A DNA stretch of 64,000 nt from Antedon mediterranea (taxonomy: Eukaryota > Animalia > Echinodermata), in NCBI RefSeq assembly GCF_964355755.1, contig NC_092679.1, positions 14,429,432 through 14,493,431 of the forward strand. The letters are read 5' to 3'. Positions 63,480 through 64,000 of this stretch are shown one piece after another (position 1 is the first letter of the stretch; each line of letters opens with the position of its first letter). A program made the translations under genes and the position numbers. The notes under the pieces were generated by a model. The model saw only the letters and a program-made list of their open reading frames with translations. It was not told the origin of the DNA and did no database searches.

Positions 63480-64000
63480 GTTAGGTCTTCGCAATATTCA
63501 TGACGTAAGCCTAAGATTCATTTATATGACCATTTTCAGTCGAATGTGGGCGTATGTGAACATCCCATATAGACCCGCGTACACTACCTCACTTCTTCTA
63601 ACACTGCTAGAACAGATTGCACTCACTTTTCTCAGATCGCAAAATCTCTGATGGCCTGCATGCCTTTTCTCATTGTTGTTTGATGACAATCCTGCAAGTT
63701 CAAATAAGGCATCTTTGAATTTCGCTAAATGCGGCCGGTTCCGTACCCATCTCTCATATGCAGATTTATTCGATGAGAATTGATGATCCTCAGTGTACTC
63801 CGTTTGCTGACAGCCCTTTCTTTTCGATCTGTGATTTTGCTCTTTTGTTCCACCATATGTACATAATATAACCCGTATCGTGCATAGTTTTGTTTGTTGA
63901 AACCAAAGCAATAACTTGTACTTTCTTTCCAGCATGCGAGTCGATCATAAAAGTTGTTTTCTTTGATAGCCAGGTGCAAGAGATGTTGCGTTTTAATGAT
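63480..64000 (-). mobile_element. Academ transposase core fragment, runs off window
   Basis: HLAIKENNF..NKQNYARYG..AYERWV motifs typical of this transposase family. Confidence 0.55.

Overview
AT-rich animal genomic DNA (invertebrate deuterostome-like repeat content; the organism is an inference). Bases 1-17.3 kb hold the 3' exons of a TMEM179/TMEM179B-like membrane-protein gene (+ strand), whose introns are filled with micro/minisatellites, SINEs and MITEs. The rest is a transposon nest. A multi-exon orphan gene of about 2.4 kb occurs twice in inverted orientation, and the second copy is stretched to about 28 kb by an EnSpm/CACTA element (holding an Academ remnant and a Harbinger MITE), a CR1-group LINE and a complete-ended Gypsy LTR retrotransposon (45216-62066, minus strand, 308-bp LTRs, ATAT TSD) that itself holds two tail-to-tail LINEs. 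The Gypsy element is the highlight. Its Gag starts with a ComEA-like helix-hairpin-helix and its integrase ends in a PHF2/CFP1-type PHD finger. The env position holds a C2H2-finger + TatD-family nuclease ORF with no early ATG, which joins in frame to an 11-codon ATG exon inside the LTR through canonical splice sites. All family assignments are by motif recognition, not database search.
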